Below, one piece after another: positions 47,659-57,305 of a stretch of 57,361 nucleotides of DNA. Made by a program: the position numbers and the translations under genes. The notes below the pieces were generated by a model that ran no database searches, had not been told where the DNA came from, and was given only the letters and a program-made list of their open reading frames with translations. Every line of letters starts with the position of its first letter. Position 1 is the first letter of the stretch. The stretch covers positions 1-57,361 of the forward strand of contig JANMPT010000074.1 of the NCBI GenBank assembly GCA_031370005.1, written 5' to 3'. The stretch comes from Bdellovibrionales bacterium. GTDB taxonomy: Bacteria > Bdellovibrionota > Bdellovibrionia > Bdellovibrionales > Bdellovibrionaceae.

Positions 47659-48664
47659 GGTCGGAGTCGTCGGAGCCACAGGAATGGTGGGCCAGACTTT
47701 CATGAGCGTTCTTGAGGAGCGCAAATTCCCCATGGAAGAGCTTCGCGCTTTTGCCAGCGATGTTTCTGCAGGTAAGATAATCCACGTGCAAGGCCAGGAC
47801 TGGAGCATCCAGACTTTAAAAGAAGGCTGCTTTGATGGTTTGGATTTAGTATTTTTCTCCTCTGGAGATGAGATCAGTAAAGAGTGGGCGCCCTTGGCCG
47901 CAAAAGCCGGGGCTTTTGCCATTGATAATTCAGCCGCTTTTCGTATGGATCCCAACGTTCACTTGATTGTCCCTGAAGTGAACGGTCACCTTGTGAACTC
48001 ACAGTCAAAAGCGCAGGTTATAGCCAATCCAAATTGCTCAACGATTCAGTTGGTAGTGGCTTTAAAACCTCTTGCTGACAAATTTGGCATTGATGAAGTT
48101 CGTGTTAGTACATACCAAGCGGTGAGTGGTGCAGGTCTTGCGGGTTATGAAGAGCTGCTGGCGCAAACTGATGATTATAAAAACCCAAGTCCAAAATCGG
48201 CAGTCTTCCCTCACCCTATTGTTTTTAATTGCATTCCACAAATTGGCAGTTTTGATGATGAGGGCTTCTGTAGTGAAGAAGTGAAGATCATGAAAGAAAC
48301 TCGCAAGATTTTAGGTCTGCCGGAGCTTAGGGTTTCTGCTTTTACGGTCAGAATTCCGGCCTTAAACGCGCACAGCGAGTCTGTTTGGGTAACACTTCAG
48401 AAAAAAACGGATCGTGCAGATATTGTGGAAACCTTGAAAAAATTCGATGGAATCTCGGTTCAAGATGAGCCGCGAAAATTTGTATATCCAACGCCGCGCA
48501 ATGTGTCAGGAGAGGACCCCGTTTATGTGGGACGTATTCACAGAGATCCCGAGAACCCTTATCTGTGGCTCATGTGGGTAGTGTCCGACAATATCCGCAA
48601 AGGGGCTGCCTTGAATGGCCTTCAAATCGCCGAGCATATTTTTGACATCAAGCCCCAGGCGTGA
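47642..48664 (+). CDS. asd: Aspartate-semialdehyde dehydrogenase
   Basis: VVGATGMVG, IDNSAAFRM, ANPNCST, YQAVSGAG, DNIRKGAALN. Confidence 0.96.
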   Translation: MKRKLKVGVVGATGMVGQTFMSVLEERKFPMEELRAFASDVSAGKIIHVQGQDWSIQTLKEGCFDGLDLVFFSSGDEISKEWAPLAAKAGAFAIDNSAAFRMDPNVHLIVPEVNGHLVNSQSKAQVIANPNCSTIQLVVALKPLADKFGIDEVRVSTYQAVSGAGLAGYEELLAQTDDYKNPSPKSAVFPHPIVFNCIPQIGSFDDEGFCSEEVKIMKETRKILGLPELRVSAFTVRIPALNAHSESVWVTLQKKTDRADIVETLKKFDGISVQDEPRKFVYPTPRNVSGEDPVYVGRIHRDPENPYLWLMWVVSDNIRKGAALNGLQIAEHIFDIKPQA

Positions 48665-48676
48665 TTCCATTAAAAT

Positions 48677-50101
48677 GTGGAAGTATCACGGAAGATTATT
48701 TCAATTTTTATTCTCGTTAGCTGCCTACTTGTAAGTGGTTTTAATGCCAATCTTGCAGTTGCGCAAACGGCCACTGGAATGCAACTCGTGGGGTCGCCCT
48801 CAGGTTTATCAGCTTATGATGGTGGTACTGCCGCGTCGGGAACGGCGACAGCAACTGCCCCGACAATTTACGGTGGCTATACCGGCACCTCTGGTGGCTG
48901 TGGAACCACGGGGTCTCCGTCAACGTCTTCGACCTGTAGTTCTTGCGATGGCTCCGGCCTGGTTACTTGCAATCAATCCTCAATTCACCCGAACTTGTAT
49001 TTAACAGTTACTTTGAAGTCGAGCACAGCGGGGAGTTTTACAGGGACCTCACGAGTTCGCTGGAAGTTCAGTGGTGAGACCTCAGGTCACGCGATTGACA
49101 ACGCAGCAGCCCCGAGCCTTTCTGTCGGTGTTCCTTTTACTGTTCAAATAAAATGGTCTAACTTGTGTTCCTACTCAGGTGGGAATTCCAGTTGTACTCT
49201 TGATCTGAGCTCCAGCAAGACACTTAGCATTGGTATTGATACAAATAACGATGATGCAACTATCGAAGACAAGGTTGATTTTAATTTTGTTTTTCGTTAT
49301 TTAGCGCCAGGAGTCCCAACGCCGAACACTCTGACGGCATGCCCAGTTGGTAGCTCATCGGCGGTGGTTGACCAAGGAATTTGCGATTACACAGTGTCCC
49401 CAGGAGACGAGAAAGTTTATATTACAGACTACGCAGCGGCTAGCAATGATCTGCATACGAGCAATGCCACTGTGAACTACAACCGTATCATCATGTTTTA
49501 CCAAAAAAACGTGGCGAATGCGGCGGCAGTTACAAATAATTCTGACTATCTTCTTTTGAGTTTAAAAAATAACTCTCCACTTGAGCCCAGTATTTCCGAC
49601 CAAAGGATTACCGGTCTAGAGAACGACGTTAAGTACTGTTTTGCTTTAGGAAATGTGGATCAAACCGGCATTATTTCTTATTTTCCGCCCAGTACAGTTT
49701 TGAGCTCCGCTCAAGTTTGTGCCACGCCCTCTCAAGTGGTGGGGCTTCTTGATGACAAGCATTGTTTCATTGCCACTGCAACATTTGGCAGTGACATGGC
49801 GCCAGAGGTTCAGACCTTCCGAAAGTTTCGCAATGAGTTTTTGCTTACGAACCTTGCCGGCAGAGGCTTCGTCAAATTTTATTATAAGTTTGGACCCAAG
49901 GTTGCCGAGTGGGTTTCTCATAGTGAAGCCTTGAGAGCTCTTAGCTTGTGGGTTCTTTGGCCGCTTTTGATGTTTGCAAAGATCAGCTTGGCTTTTGGAG
50001 TGATTCCGGCACTATTAGCGGCGCTGCTTTCTGTTTTCGTGCTGAAAAAAGTATTCTATATTGTGTTTCCAAGTCGTAAGGCCGTTAAGGGGGATGCGTG
50101 A
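48677..50101 (+). CDS. Secreted Cys/Ser/Thr-rich protein with FN3-like region and CFI-box-CTERM domain
   Basis: Signal peptide; ITGLENDVKYCF; HCFIATATFGS....VQTFRKFRN.FL....GRGFVKFYY..GP followed by TM segments. Confidence 0.85.
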   Translation: MEVSRKIISIFILVSCLLVSGFNANLAVAQTATGMQLVGSPSGLSAYDGGTAASGTATATAPTIYGGYTGTSGGCGTTGSPSTSSTCSSCDGSGLVTCNQSSIHPNLYLTVTLKSSTAGSFTGTSRVRWKFSGETSGHAIDNAAAPSLSVGVPFTVQIKWSNLCSYSGGNSSCTLDLSSSKTLSIGIDTNNDDATIEDKVDFNFVFRYLAPGVPTPNTLTACPVGSSSAVVDQGICDYTVSPGDEKVYITDYAAASNDLHTSNATVNYNRIIMFYQKNVANAAAVTNNSDYLLLSLKNNSPLEPSISDQRITGLENDVKYCFALGNVDQTGIISYFPPSTVLSSAQVCATPSQVVGLLDDKHCFIATATFGSDMAPEVQTFRKFRNEFLLTNLAGRGFVKFYYKFGPKVAEWVSHSEALRALSLWVLWPLLMFAKISLAFGVIPALLAALLSVFVLKKVFYIVFPSRKAVKGDA

Positions 50102-50946
50102 AGCTTTTTTTAGGAGCTTTCGTTGCGATCGCATTCGTCTTGGTAAGTTTGCAAGGGCATGCGGCCAACAAAGAAACTCCTCCGATGGAGCCTCCCTATA
50201 CAAGTGACAGCGAGTTTGACTCGGTTCTTAGTGAGACTCCGGCGCCAACAAAAACTTTGAATAAGGGTGTGAAGCTAATACATCATCCAGATGCGAAGAA
50301 GGGTTTGATTCGCATAGAGCAAGATGGAACTTATGTTTATAAAATTCAGACCACTAAAAAAAATCATACGGGTATTGTTCGCTTTGGTCTTATGACTCCG
50401 CCGAATATCCAATCCGCCGATGGCAAATCTGATTTTAAATCTATGTATACCAGCAGTGATGTTCCGACAATTCTGTTTGATTACGAATGGCAGCCATTCT
50501 CTAAATATGGAAAGCTCGGAATGCAAACAGGGGCAGGGATCGCTACGGCCACCGGTCAAGGTCACTTCCTTAGAGATGGTACTGCTGCTACCGAGAAATA
50601 TACTTTCTTGATTGTGCCTCTGGATCTTGGCTTGATTTATCGTCTAGAGTACTTCAAGCGACAATGGATTGCTCCCTATGTTGCTGGCGGCGGAACTTAT
50701 ATTGCGGTGGCGGAACTACGCGACGATGGAAAGCAGAGTTTTACAGGGACCCCGGCGGCCTATGCAACGGGCGGTTTGATGTTTAATATCACTGCTATCG
50801 ATAAAAGCATGGCTTTTAATTTGGACAATGAATATGGCGTGGGCAATCTTTGGCTTGTGGCTGAGTATCGCTTGCAAACGGCCTTTTCTAAAGACCTTGA
50901 TTTCACTGGCAGTATCATGAGTCTTGGAATCAGCGCTGACTTTTGA
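50098..50946 (+). CDS. Outer-membrane beta-barrel protein
   Basis: Signal peptide; amphipathic strands (IAPYVAGG); C-terminal Phe (LGISADF); GTGA-coupled to upstream gene. Confidence 0.75.
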   Translation: MKLFLGAFVAIAFVLVSLQGHAANKETPPMEPPYTSDSEFDSVLSETPAPTKTLNKGVKLIHHPDAKKGLIRIEQDGTYVYKIQTTKKNHTGIVRFGLMTPPNIQSADGKSDFKSMYTSSDVPTILFDYEWQPFSKYGKLGMQTGAGIATATGQGHFLRDGTAATEKYTFLIVPLDLGLIYRLEYFKRQWIAPYVAGGGTYIAVAELRDDGKQSFTGTPAAYATGGLMFNITAIDKSMAFNLDNEYGVGNLWLVAEYRLQTAFSKDLDFTGSIMSLGISADF

Positions 50947-50971
50947 ATCAGGTTCTGTTATAACCGGCCCC

Positions 50972-51757
50972 ATGCAGAGAATTCGTTTTTTGGTGTCGTA
51001 TGATGGTACTGACTTTTGTGGCTGGCAAAGGCAAAGCCATATGCCTAATAAAAGCGTCCAACAAGTTCTTGAAGAGGTCCTCGAAAGAATTTTCCAGGAA
51101 AAAATTACCCTGTTTGCTAGTGGGCGAACCGACGCCGGAGTGCATGCTATTGGCCAGGTTTGCCATTTTGACACGACTCGTCCAATCGAGCGTTTACAGA
51201 ATTGGGACCTAGCGTGGGCTATGAAGTCCCGTCTTCCTCGATCTATTTCAGTGAAAAAGGTATGGTTAGCACCCCAGGATTTCCATGCCACCTTATCCGC
51301 AGACAAAAAAACATACCGTTATTTGGTCTATAATAGACTACGCGCCGGGGCTTTTTTGACCCGTTACGCAGACTGGGCGAGACACACCATAAACGTCCAA
51401 CATCTGCAGGAGAGTTCCAAATTTCTTTTGGGAAAACAAGATTTTAAGAGCTTTCAATCAGCCGGATCCCCGGTGACCCATACCGTGCGGGAGATCTATC
51501 AGGCGGATTGGGAATGGCGTAAAAGCGATCTGTTGCAATTCACTATAACAGGGAATGGCTTTATGAAACAGATGGTTCGCAATATTGTGGGGACCCAAAT
51601 GATGCTCGAAAAAAAGAACTTAGCACCCAAGACACTTCGAGATATTATAGCGAGCCTGGATCGAAAAATAGCCGGGCCTGCGGCGCCCGCAGAAGGCCTT
51701 TTTTTAATGCGTGTTTATTATCCCCAGGAACTTGACATTAGGTGCTATGAAATTTAA
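50972..51757 (+). CDS. truA: tRNA pseudouridine(38-40) synthase
   Basis: SYDGTDFCGWQRQ, SGRTDAGVHA, GFMKQMVRNIVG. Confidence 0.96.
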   Translation: MQRIRFLVSYDGTDFCGWQRQSHMPNKSVQQVLEEVLERIFQEKITLFASGRTDAGVHAIGQVCHFDTTRPIERLQNWDLAWAMKSRLPRSISVKKVWLAPQDFHATLSADKKTYRYLVYNRLRAGAFLTRYADWARHTINVQHLQESSKFLLGKQDFKSFQSAGSPVTHTVREIYQADWEWRKSDLLQFTITGNGFMKQMVRNIVGTQMMLEKKNLAPKTLRDIIASLDRKIAGPAAPAEGLFLMRVYYPQELDIRCYEI

Positions 51758-51842
51758 AACATCCCTTCTTGCAGTTTTGAGGCAAAAGAAGTATCTACAA
51801 TGCCTCGCAAAGCGTTTGTGAAGAGATTTAACTGGAGTCATT

Positions 51843-52286
51843 ATGAAGACTTGGAATGCAAAAGCCGAAGAAGTTGAAAGAAAATGGCATATTATCGATG
51901 CCACAGGTCTTAAAGTCGGTCGATTAGCCACCCACGTGGCAACAATCTTACGTGGCAAAAATAAGCCAATTTTCTCACCCAATGTGGACACCGGGGATTT
52001 CGTTGTGGTTATCAACACTGATAAAGCTGTATTGACTGGTAACAAAGCGACTGACAAAAAATACTTTAGACACTCTCGCTTCTTTGGATCTTTAAAAGAG
52101 AAAACGGCTGCGCAAATGCAAGCTGAGGACTCTACTTTTATTATTCATGAGGCGGTTCGTGGAATGCTTCCAACTAACAAGCTTTCACGGCAAGTGATTT
52201 CAAAATTAAAAATTTACACAGGTGGTGAGCACCCACATTCAGCTCAAAAACCTGCGGTGTATAACATTCCTACTGGCAAGATTTAA
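51843..52286 (+). CDS. rplM: 50S ribosomal protein L13
   Basis: [41 protein letters not shown]. Confidence 0.98.
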   Translation: MKTWNAKAEEVERKWHIIDATGLKVGRLATHVATILRGKNKPIFSPNVDTGDFVVVINTDKAVLTGNKATDKKYFRHSRFFGSLKEKTAAQMQAEDSTFIIHEAVRGMLPTNKLSRQVISKLKIYTGGEHPHSAQKPAVYNIPTGKI

Positions 52287-52300
52287 GAAGGACACAGTCA

Positions 52301-52696
52301 ATGGCAGCAGAAAAATTTTACTACGCTACTGGAAGAAGAAAAACAAGTTCAGCACGTGTTTTCTTGAAGCCTGGAAAAGGTACGATTACTATCAATGGCA
52401 AAAAAGCTGATGATTACCTTAAAAGAATGCAGTCACGCATGGTTATTCTTCAGCCATTTGATACCGTAGATCAGGTTGATAAGTTTGACGTCAGAGTTAC
52501 AGTTTCTGGTGGCGGTGAGAATGGCCAGGCGGGAGCTGTTAGACATGGAATCACTCGGGCACTTGTAGCTTTTAATCCAGAGTTCAAAGGTGTTTTGAAG
52601 AAAGCTGGCTTCGTTACTCGTGATCCTCGTATGGTTGAGCGAAAGAAGTACGGAAAATCTGGAGCGCGTAGAAGCTACCAATTCTCAAAACGATAA
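52301..52696 (+). CDS. rpsI: 30S ribosomal protein S9
   Basis: [39 protein letters not shown]. Confidence 0.98.
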   Translation: MAAEKFYYATGRRKTSSARVFLKPGKGTITINGKKADDYLKRMQSRMVILQPFDTVDQVDKFDVRVTVSGGGENGQAGAVRHGITRALVAFNPEFKGVLKKAGFVTRDPRMVERKKYGKSGARRSYQFSKR

Positions 52697-52716
52697 TTCG
52701 TATTTGGAATTTAAAG

Positions 52717-52762
52717 TTCATAAAAAAAAAGACTTGGTCACCCAAGTCTTTTTTTTTATGAA
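52717..52762. terminator. Bidirectional intrinsic terminator
   Basis: Perfect 21-bp arms TTCATAAAAAAAAAGACTTGG-TCAC-CCAAGTCTTTTTTTTTATGAA between convergent genes. Confidence 0.92.
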
Positions 52763-52781
52763 ATGAGGCTGCTCAGGTAAA

Positions 52782-53177
52782 TTAAAGTTTCGTGCACTCC
52801 AGTGGGTACACACTTGATTTTACTGATAGCAAACCTATCCATTTTCCGGATGCGCCGACACCAAGACCCAAGAGACCACTATCCCGGATAACGCCATCAT
52901 CGCCTTGGCTGAATTGGTTTCCTAAAACCAAAGTAGTAATACTGCCATCATTGATTTGTTTTTCGAGGCTCCCTTTTTCAAGTTGCATGAAAAGGTTTGT
53001 GACTGTTTTGTCATTTAAATCAACAGTTACGTAATCAATGGCTTGATTGTCTGAAATTGCGACATCGACAGTGACTGTTGAAGTTTTAGCTGGGACTAAA
53101 CATTTAAAGACCGGCACTTGTGCCGCGTGAGCAGAGAAAAATGATAGCAATGCAATAGCGAAAATTGTTTTTTTCAT
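52782..53177 (-). CDS. Small secreted hypothetical protein
   Basis: Signal peptide ending SAHA; Cys near each end of the mature chain (FKC, PLEC). Confidence 0.8.
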   Translation of the reverse strand: MKKTIFAIALLSFFSAHAAQVPVFKCLVPAKTSTVTVDVAISDNQAIDYVTVDLNDKTVTNLFMQLEKGSLEKQINDGSITTLVLGNQFSQGDDGVIRDSGLLGLGVGASGKWIGLLSVKSSVYPLECTKL

Positions 53178-53316
53178 ATTGGAATTCCTTTTGTTTAATT
53201 TTGATAAAAACTAATTCAGCTAAGCAGGCACATCAATCCAAAACTTATGACATTATAGTAACAAGAGCGGGGCTCCGTCTCAGAGTGAGAATTGTTAACT
53301 ACCCCAGTGGACACCG

Positions 53317-53344
53317 TCAAGTTTTTGCACGCTCTAGCCGAATA
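53317..53344 (+). promoter_or_regulatory. Sigma28 (FliA)-like promoter
   Basis: TCAAG-N15-GCCGAATA, about 70 nt upstream of ATG 53414. Confidence 0.6.
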
Positions 53345-53413
53345 TACTAAGACCAGAGTCGGTATCGGGTTTGCAGCTACCATCAAGCAAGAGACTCTTT
53401 TTTTGGAGGACTG

Positions 53414-54028
53414 ATGAAAAGGTACGTATTCGCGGGCTTTGCTTTTTGCTTTGTGGTGGGATTTCAAAACTGCAGTCGCAGTCAATTTTCAGACGTTAAT
53501 AGTTCAAACGCACTTAGCAATCCGACGGAGGTCACGCCGGCTGGTAAAATCAATGTGTCTCAGACTGAGATACTCGAAGTTCCTGAAAGCGCATATCTCG
53601 AGTCGCAGCTAGAGTTGGCTATAAGGGCTTCTAAGCCCACTTCTACTTTTGCAGCCCATCATCTAGAAATAGATGTAAAAACAGGCGTAGTTCATGTTGT
53701 GGATCAAAATAACGAGGACGTAAGCGGCGTTCAATACTGTTTAAGTTTATCGGACCTCAATGAGCTTCATACGATTCTTGATTCCTCGAAGGTCTGCGAA
53801 GACAATGCTGTTGTGGATGAGCAGATCGTCTGTACGGCTGATTACAAGTTTCCGTATGCCAAACTGCATTTCGCGGAGTCCCAGCTTTCTTTAGGCGAAT
53901 CTATGAGTGGCTGTCGCAAAGGGCCTGACCTCTGTGGTGAGGGAAAAGACATGCTTCAAGGATTTTTAGCTCATGTTCAAAGCAGCCTGGCTTCAAAAAA
54001 ATGCGAATTCAAAGTGGTTCAACAGTAA
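53414..54028 (+). CDS. FQNC-type Cys-rich lipoprotein
   Basis: VVGFQNCS; CTADYKFPYA; GCRKGPDLCG; GGAGG SD. Confidence 0.8.
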   Translation: MKRYVFAGFAFCFVVGFQNCSRSQFSDVNSSNALSNPTEVTPAGKINVSQTEILEVPESAYLESQLELAIRASKPTSTFAAHHLEIDVKTGVVHVVDQNNEDVSGVQYCLSLSDLNELHTILDSSKVCEDNAVVDEQIVCTADYKFPYAKLHFAESQLSLGESMSGCRKGPDLCGEGKDMLQGFLAHVQSSLASKKCEFKVVQQ

Positions 54029-54049
54029 GAAAGAAAAAATCGACCAACC

Positions 54050-56770
54050 TCACAGACCTAAAATCTGTTGAATTTTTCTGAAAGCGTCCGAAATTTTCGT
54101 TCGGTCTGGTGCGGCCCCCTGGGCGAAGTCTGGGCGTCCGCCGCCTTTGCCGCCCATCACTGCGGCAATTTCTTTCAACAAATTTCCAGCAGAGTACTCA
54201 TTTGAGATATCTTTACTGACAGAAACGATTACGGGGTGTGATTCTGCACTTTGCCCTATAACCACGACAATTCCCTTTTGGATTTTATTTTTTAGGTGAT
54301 CAGTGATTTGTGCCAAAACATCACGGTCATCAAGAGCAAGATCAGCTAAGACGAGTTTCGCAGTACCAGCCTTGGTATTGAAGCTTTGTGCTTTGCTCGC
54401 CAGGGCATCAATGTTGATTTGGGCACCTTGAAGTTTTTTGATTTCTCTTTCAAGATTTTTGATATCGTTCTTTTTTGCTTCAATCCAAGTTGAGATTGAA
54501 GACTCAGCGGGAGCTTGTGAAGAGAAGTGCGACCATGCGGGATCGAGTCCAGCCGTGATGCGGCCCTGTTGATTTTGTTGAATGCCGTAAAGAGCATACT
54601 GAATAGCATAGTCTCCGGTGATGGCCTCAATCCGACGAACTCCGGCGCTAACGCCACTTTCAGAGACAATCTTAAACATACGGATTTGCGAGGTGTTCTT
54701 AACGTGTAGACCGCCGCAGAGTTCGCAGGAGAAGTCACTTATTGTTAGAACGCGAACGACATCGCCGTATTTTTCACCAAAAAGAGCCATAGCCCCTCTC
54801 TCAATCGCATCTTTGTGATTCATTGTTTCGGCTTTAACTTCGAGAGCTTTGCTGATTTCAGAATTTACCAGGCTTTCGATCTGAAAAATTTCTTCAGGAC
54901 TCAAAGACTTGTTATGAGTGAAGTCAAAGCGGGTGCGTGTTGCATCCACCAAGGACCCTGCCTGGGTCACGTGAGGTCCCAAAACCTTACGGAGTGCTGA
55001 GTGCATTAAGTGAGTCGCGGAGTGATTCGACATGGTATTTCTGCGAACACTTTCAGAGACTTGTGTGAACATTGAGTCGCCGATTTTTATTTCTCCAGAC
55101 ACAACTTCAACATGGTGGAGGTGAACATCTGAAGACTTTGTCGTGTTGTGAACATTCACAGTGGACGTGGATATGGAGAGCTTCATTACTCCCTGGTCAC
55201 CGACCTGACCGCCTCCCTCTGCATAGAAAGGAGTTTTGTTCAAAACAAGTAAGCCACTTTGTCCAGCTTTGAGTTTTTGAATTTCTTTTGTGCCATCGGA
55301 AAGAGCAATAATTTCGCACTGACCCGTTGAGCAGTCGTAGCCCGTGAATTTTGTGGAGCCATTTTTTTCGAGGCAGTCCTGGGCAAATCTCAAGACGTGA
55401 GCCTCATCGGCCTGCATGGCTTTGCCCTTCCAGGAGGCTCTGGCTTTGGTTTTAGCATCCTCCATTTCTTTTTCGAAAGTGAGCTCGTCTACAGATAAGC
55501 CTTTTTCTGCAGCGATCAGGCTGGTTAAATCTGCTGGGAATCCATAGGTGTCATAGAGTTTGAAAAGAACGCTACCAGAAAGCGCCTTGAGACCCTGGTC
55601 TTTTGCTTTGGAGATTTCTTCATTTAAGATATGGGAGCCTTGATCCAAGGTGGCCATAAAACGAGTTTCCTCATCTTTCACTGCGCCCAAGATGTGAGCT
55701 TTACGTGCCATTAATTCAGGATAGAAATCGCACATGTGATCGATCATTGTTTCTACCATGGATGGCAAGAAGGAATGTTTGTCATTGAGTTTATGTCCGT
55801 AACGAATCGCACGTCTCATGATACGACGAAGAACGTAACCACGCCCCTCATTTGAGGGAAGTGCGCCATCGGCAATCAAGAAGCCTGTAGACCGGCAGTG
55901 GTCTGCCATCACTCGGATTGCTGCTGTTTTTTCGCGAATTTCCGGATTTTTTGAAAGGACATCTATATCAGAAACGTATTCGAAGCCGCCAATTTTGCAC
56001 GCGCGTTCAATCATCGGAGCAAATAGATCAGTATCATAATTGTTAAATTTGCCTTGCATGACCGCAACCAAGCGCTCAAGTCCGGCCCCTGTATCCACAG
56101 AGGGCTTTGGCAGTGGAGTGAGTGTTCCCGGAGGATTCTCAAAGTATTGCATAAAGACCAAGTTCCAGATTTCAACGAAGCGGTCTTCTCCAGCAGCAAT
56201 TCCCTTGAAGGGATCGGATTCTATACCGGCTTTGGGGCCATGATCATAGAAGATTTCAGTGCAGGGGCCGCAGGGGCCGGTGTCTCCCATTTTCCAGAAA
56301 TTATCCTTATCAAAACGAAAAATGCGGTCTCGAGGGATTCCCTCTTGAGCGTGCCAGATGTCGGCAGCTTCATCGTCAGAAAGATGGACAGTTACATAAA
56401 GTTTTTCTGGAGGAATTTTCAATTCTTTAGTGAGAAACTCCCAGGCAAAGTGAATGGCATCTTTTTTAAAATAATCGCCGAAAGAAAAATTCCCAAGCAT
56501 CTCAAAGAAAGTGTGATGACGGGCCGTGAAGCCGACATTTTCCAAATCGTTGTGTTTACCGCCTGCGCGCACGCATTTTTGTGAGCTGACCGCACGAGTG
56601 TAGTCACGTTTTTCAAGGCCCAAAAAAGTATTCCTGAACTGATTCATCCCGGCATTAGCGAAAAGCAGAGTGGGATCATTTTCTGGAATCAAAGAAGATG
56701 ATGCGACAGGGGTGTGTCCATGTTTTTCGAAGTAATTAATAAATGCGGTTCTAATCTCAGAGCTTTTCAT
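54050..56770 (-). CDS. alaS: Alanine--tRNA ligase
   Basis: DPTLLFANAGMNQF, RHHTFFEMLGNFSFGDYFK, NHSATHL, ELCGG.H, GGKGGGRPDFAQG. Confidence 0.98.
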   Translation of the reverse strand: MKSSEIRTAFINYFEKHGHTPVASSSLIPENDPTLLFANAGMNQFRNTFLGLEKRDYTRAVSSQKCVRAGGKHNDLENVGFTARHHTFFEMLGNFSFGDYFKKDAIHFAWEFLTKELKIPPEKLYVTVHLSDDEAADIWHAQEGIPRDRIFRFDKDNFWKMGDTGPCGPCTEIFYDHGPKAGIESDPFKGIAAGEDRFVEIWNLVFMQYFENPPGTLTPLPKPSVDTGAGLERLVAVMQGKFNNYDTDLFAPMIERACKIGGFEYVSDIDVLSKNPEIREKTAAIRVMADHCRSTGFLIADGALPSNEGRGYVLRRIMRRAIRYGHKLNDKHSFLPSMVETMIDHMCDFYPELMARKAHILGAVKDEETRFMATLDQGSHILNEEISKAKDQGLKALSGSVLFKLYDTYGFPADLTSLIAAEKGLSVDELTFEKEMEDAKTKARASWKGKAMQADEAHVLRFAQDCLEKNGSTKFTGYDCSTGQCEIIALSDGTKEIQKLKAGQSGLLVLNKTPFYAEGGGQVGDQGVMKLSISTSTVNVHNTTKSSDVHLHHVEVVSGEIKIGDSMFTQVSESVRRNTMSNHSATHLMHSALRKVLGPHVTQAGSLVDATRTRFDFTHNKSLSPEEIFQIESLVNSEISKALEVKAETMNHKDAIERGAMALFGEKYGDVVRVLTISDFSCELCGGLHVKNTSQIRMFKIVSESGVSAGVRRIEAITGDYAIQYALYGIQQNQQGRITAGLDPAWSHFSSQAPAESSISTWIEAKKNDIKNLEREIKKLQGAQINIDALASKAQSFNTKAGTAKLVLADLALDDRDVLAQITDHLKNKIQKGIVVVIGQSAESHPVIVSVSKDISNEYSAGNLLKEIAAVMGGKGGGRPDFAQGAAPDRTKISDAFRKIQQILGL

Positions 56771-57305
56771 AAATCACCTTTCGTACAGTCTCAGAATCAA
56801 ATCCCCTGGAGGCTAAGAATCGGGCTACTTGGGCTTGTTCTTTTTTCTTTTGTTCATAGGGCAGTTTTGAAAAATCAGAATATTTATTCTTCACAAGTGC
56901 CATGGCCTTTTCAAGCTCCAAATTATGATCATTAGCGACACAGGGCAGGCCTTTTGTTTTAAGATAGTTATTGATATAGCCGATGCCTTTGTTTTTGCGA
57001 TGGAGCATCTGGGCCATTTTTTCAGAGAGGTCAGCAGGTGCACAGATCCAATTTTGTGTTTTTGCAAACGTGATTGCCTCATCAATGGCATCTGCGATCT
57101 CTTGCTGTTGGGCTGTAAATTCTTCGGTGAGGTCATGGCCTTGTTTTTTAGCGAGTCTTTGTCGATATTGAAAATTTCGCTTGAAGTATGTGTGCAACTT
57201 TGTACGCAGTTCTTTTTCCGAATGATCGCGTCGAGCGACAAGGTCCATAACTTTTTTTTTAGCGTAAAGCCTATGGCTATAGGGGGCTTGCGAAGCTCGT
57301 AACAT
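56757..57305 (-). CDS. recX: RecX family regulatory protein
   Basis: LVARRDHSEKELRTKL, KGIGYI..YLKTKGL, RFLASRGF; upstream of alaS. Confidence 0.85.
   Translation of the reverse strand: MLRASQAPYSHRLYAKKKVMDLVARRDHSEKELRTKLHTYFKRNFQYRQRLAKKQGHDLTEEFTAQQQEIADAIDEAITFAKTQNWICAPADLSEKMAQMLHRKNKGIGYINNYLKTKGLPCVANDHNLELEKAMALVKNKYSDFSKLPYEQKKKEQAQVARFLASRGFDSETVRKVIYEKL

Noticed and set aside
47296..47955. 219-aa antisense ORF (also 50716-51306 and 56054-56584)
   Set aside because: Antisense to well-conserved genes (pssA/asd, barrel/truA, alaS) with no recognisable motifs
52717..52762. Long perfect inverted repeat as a MITE or REP
   Set aside because: A/T tracts around a short stem between convergent genes fit an ordinary bidirectional terminator
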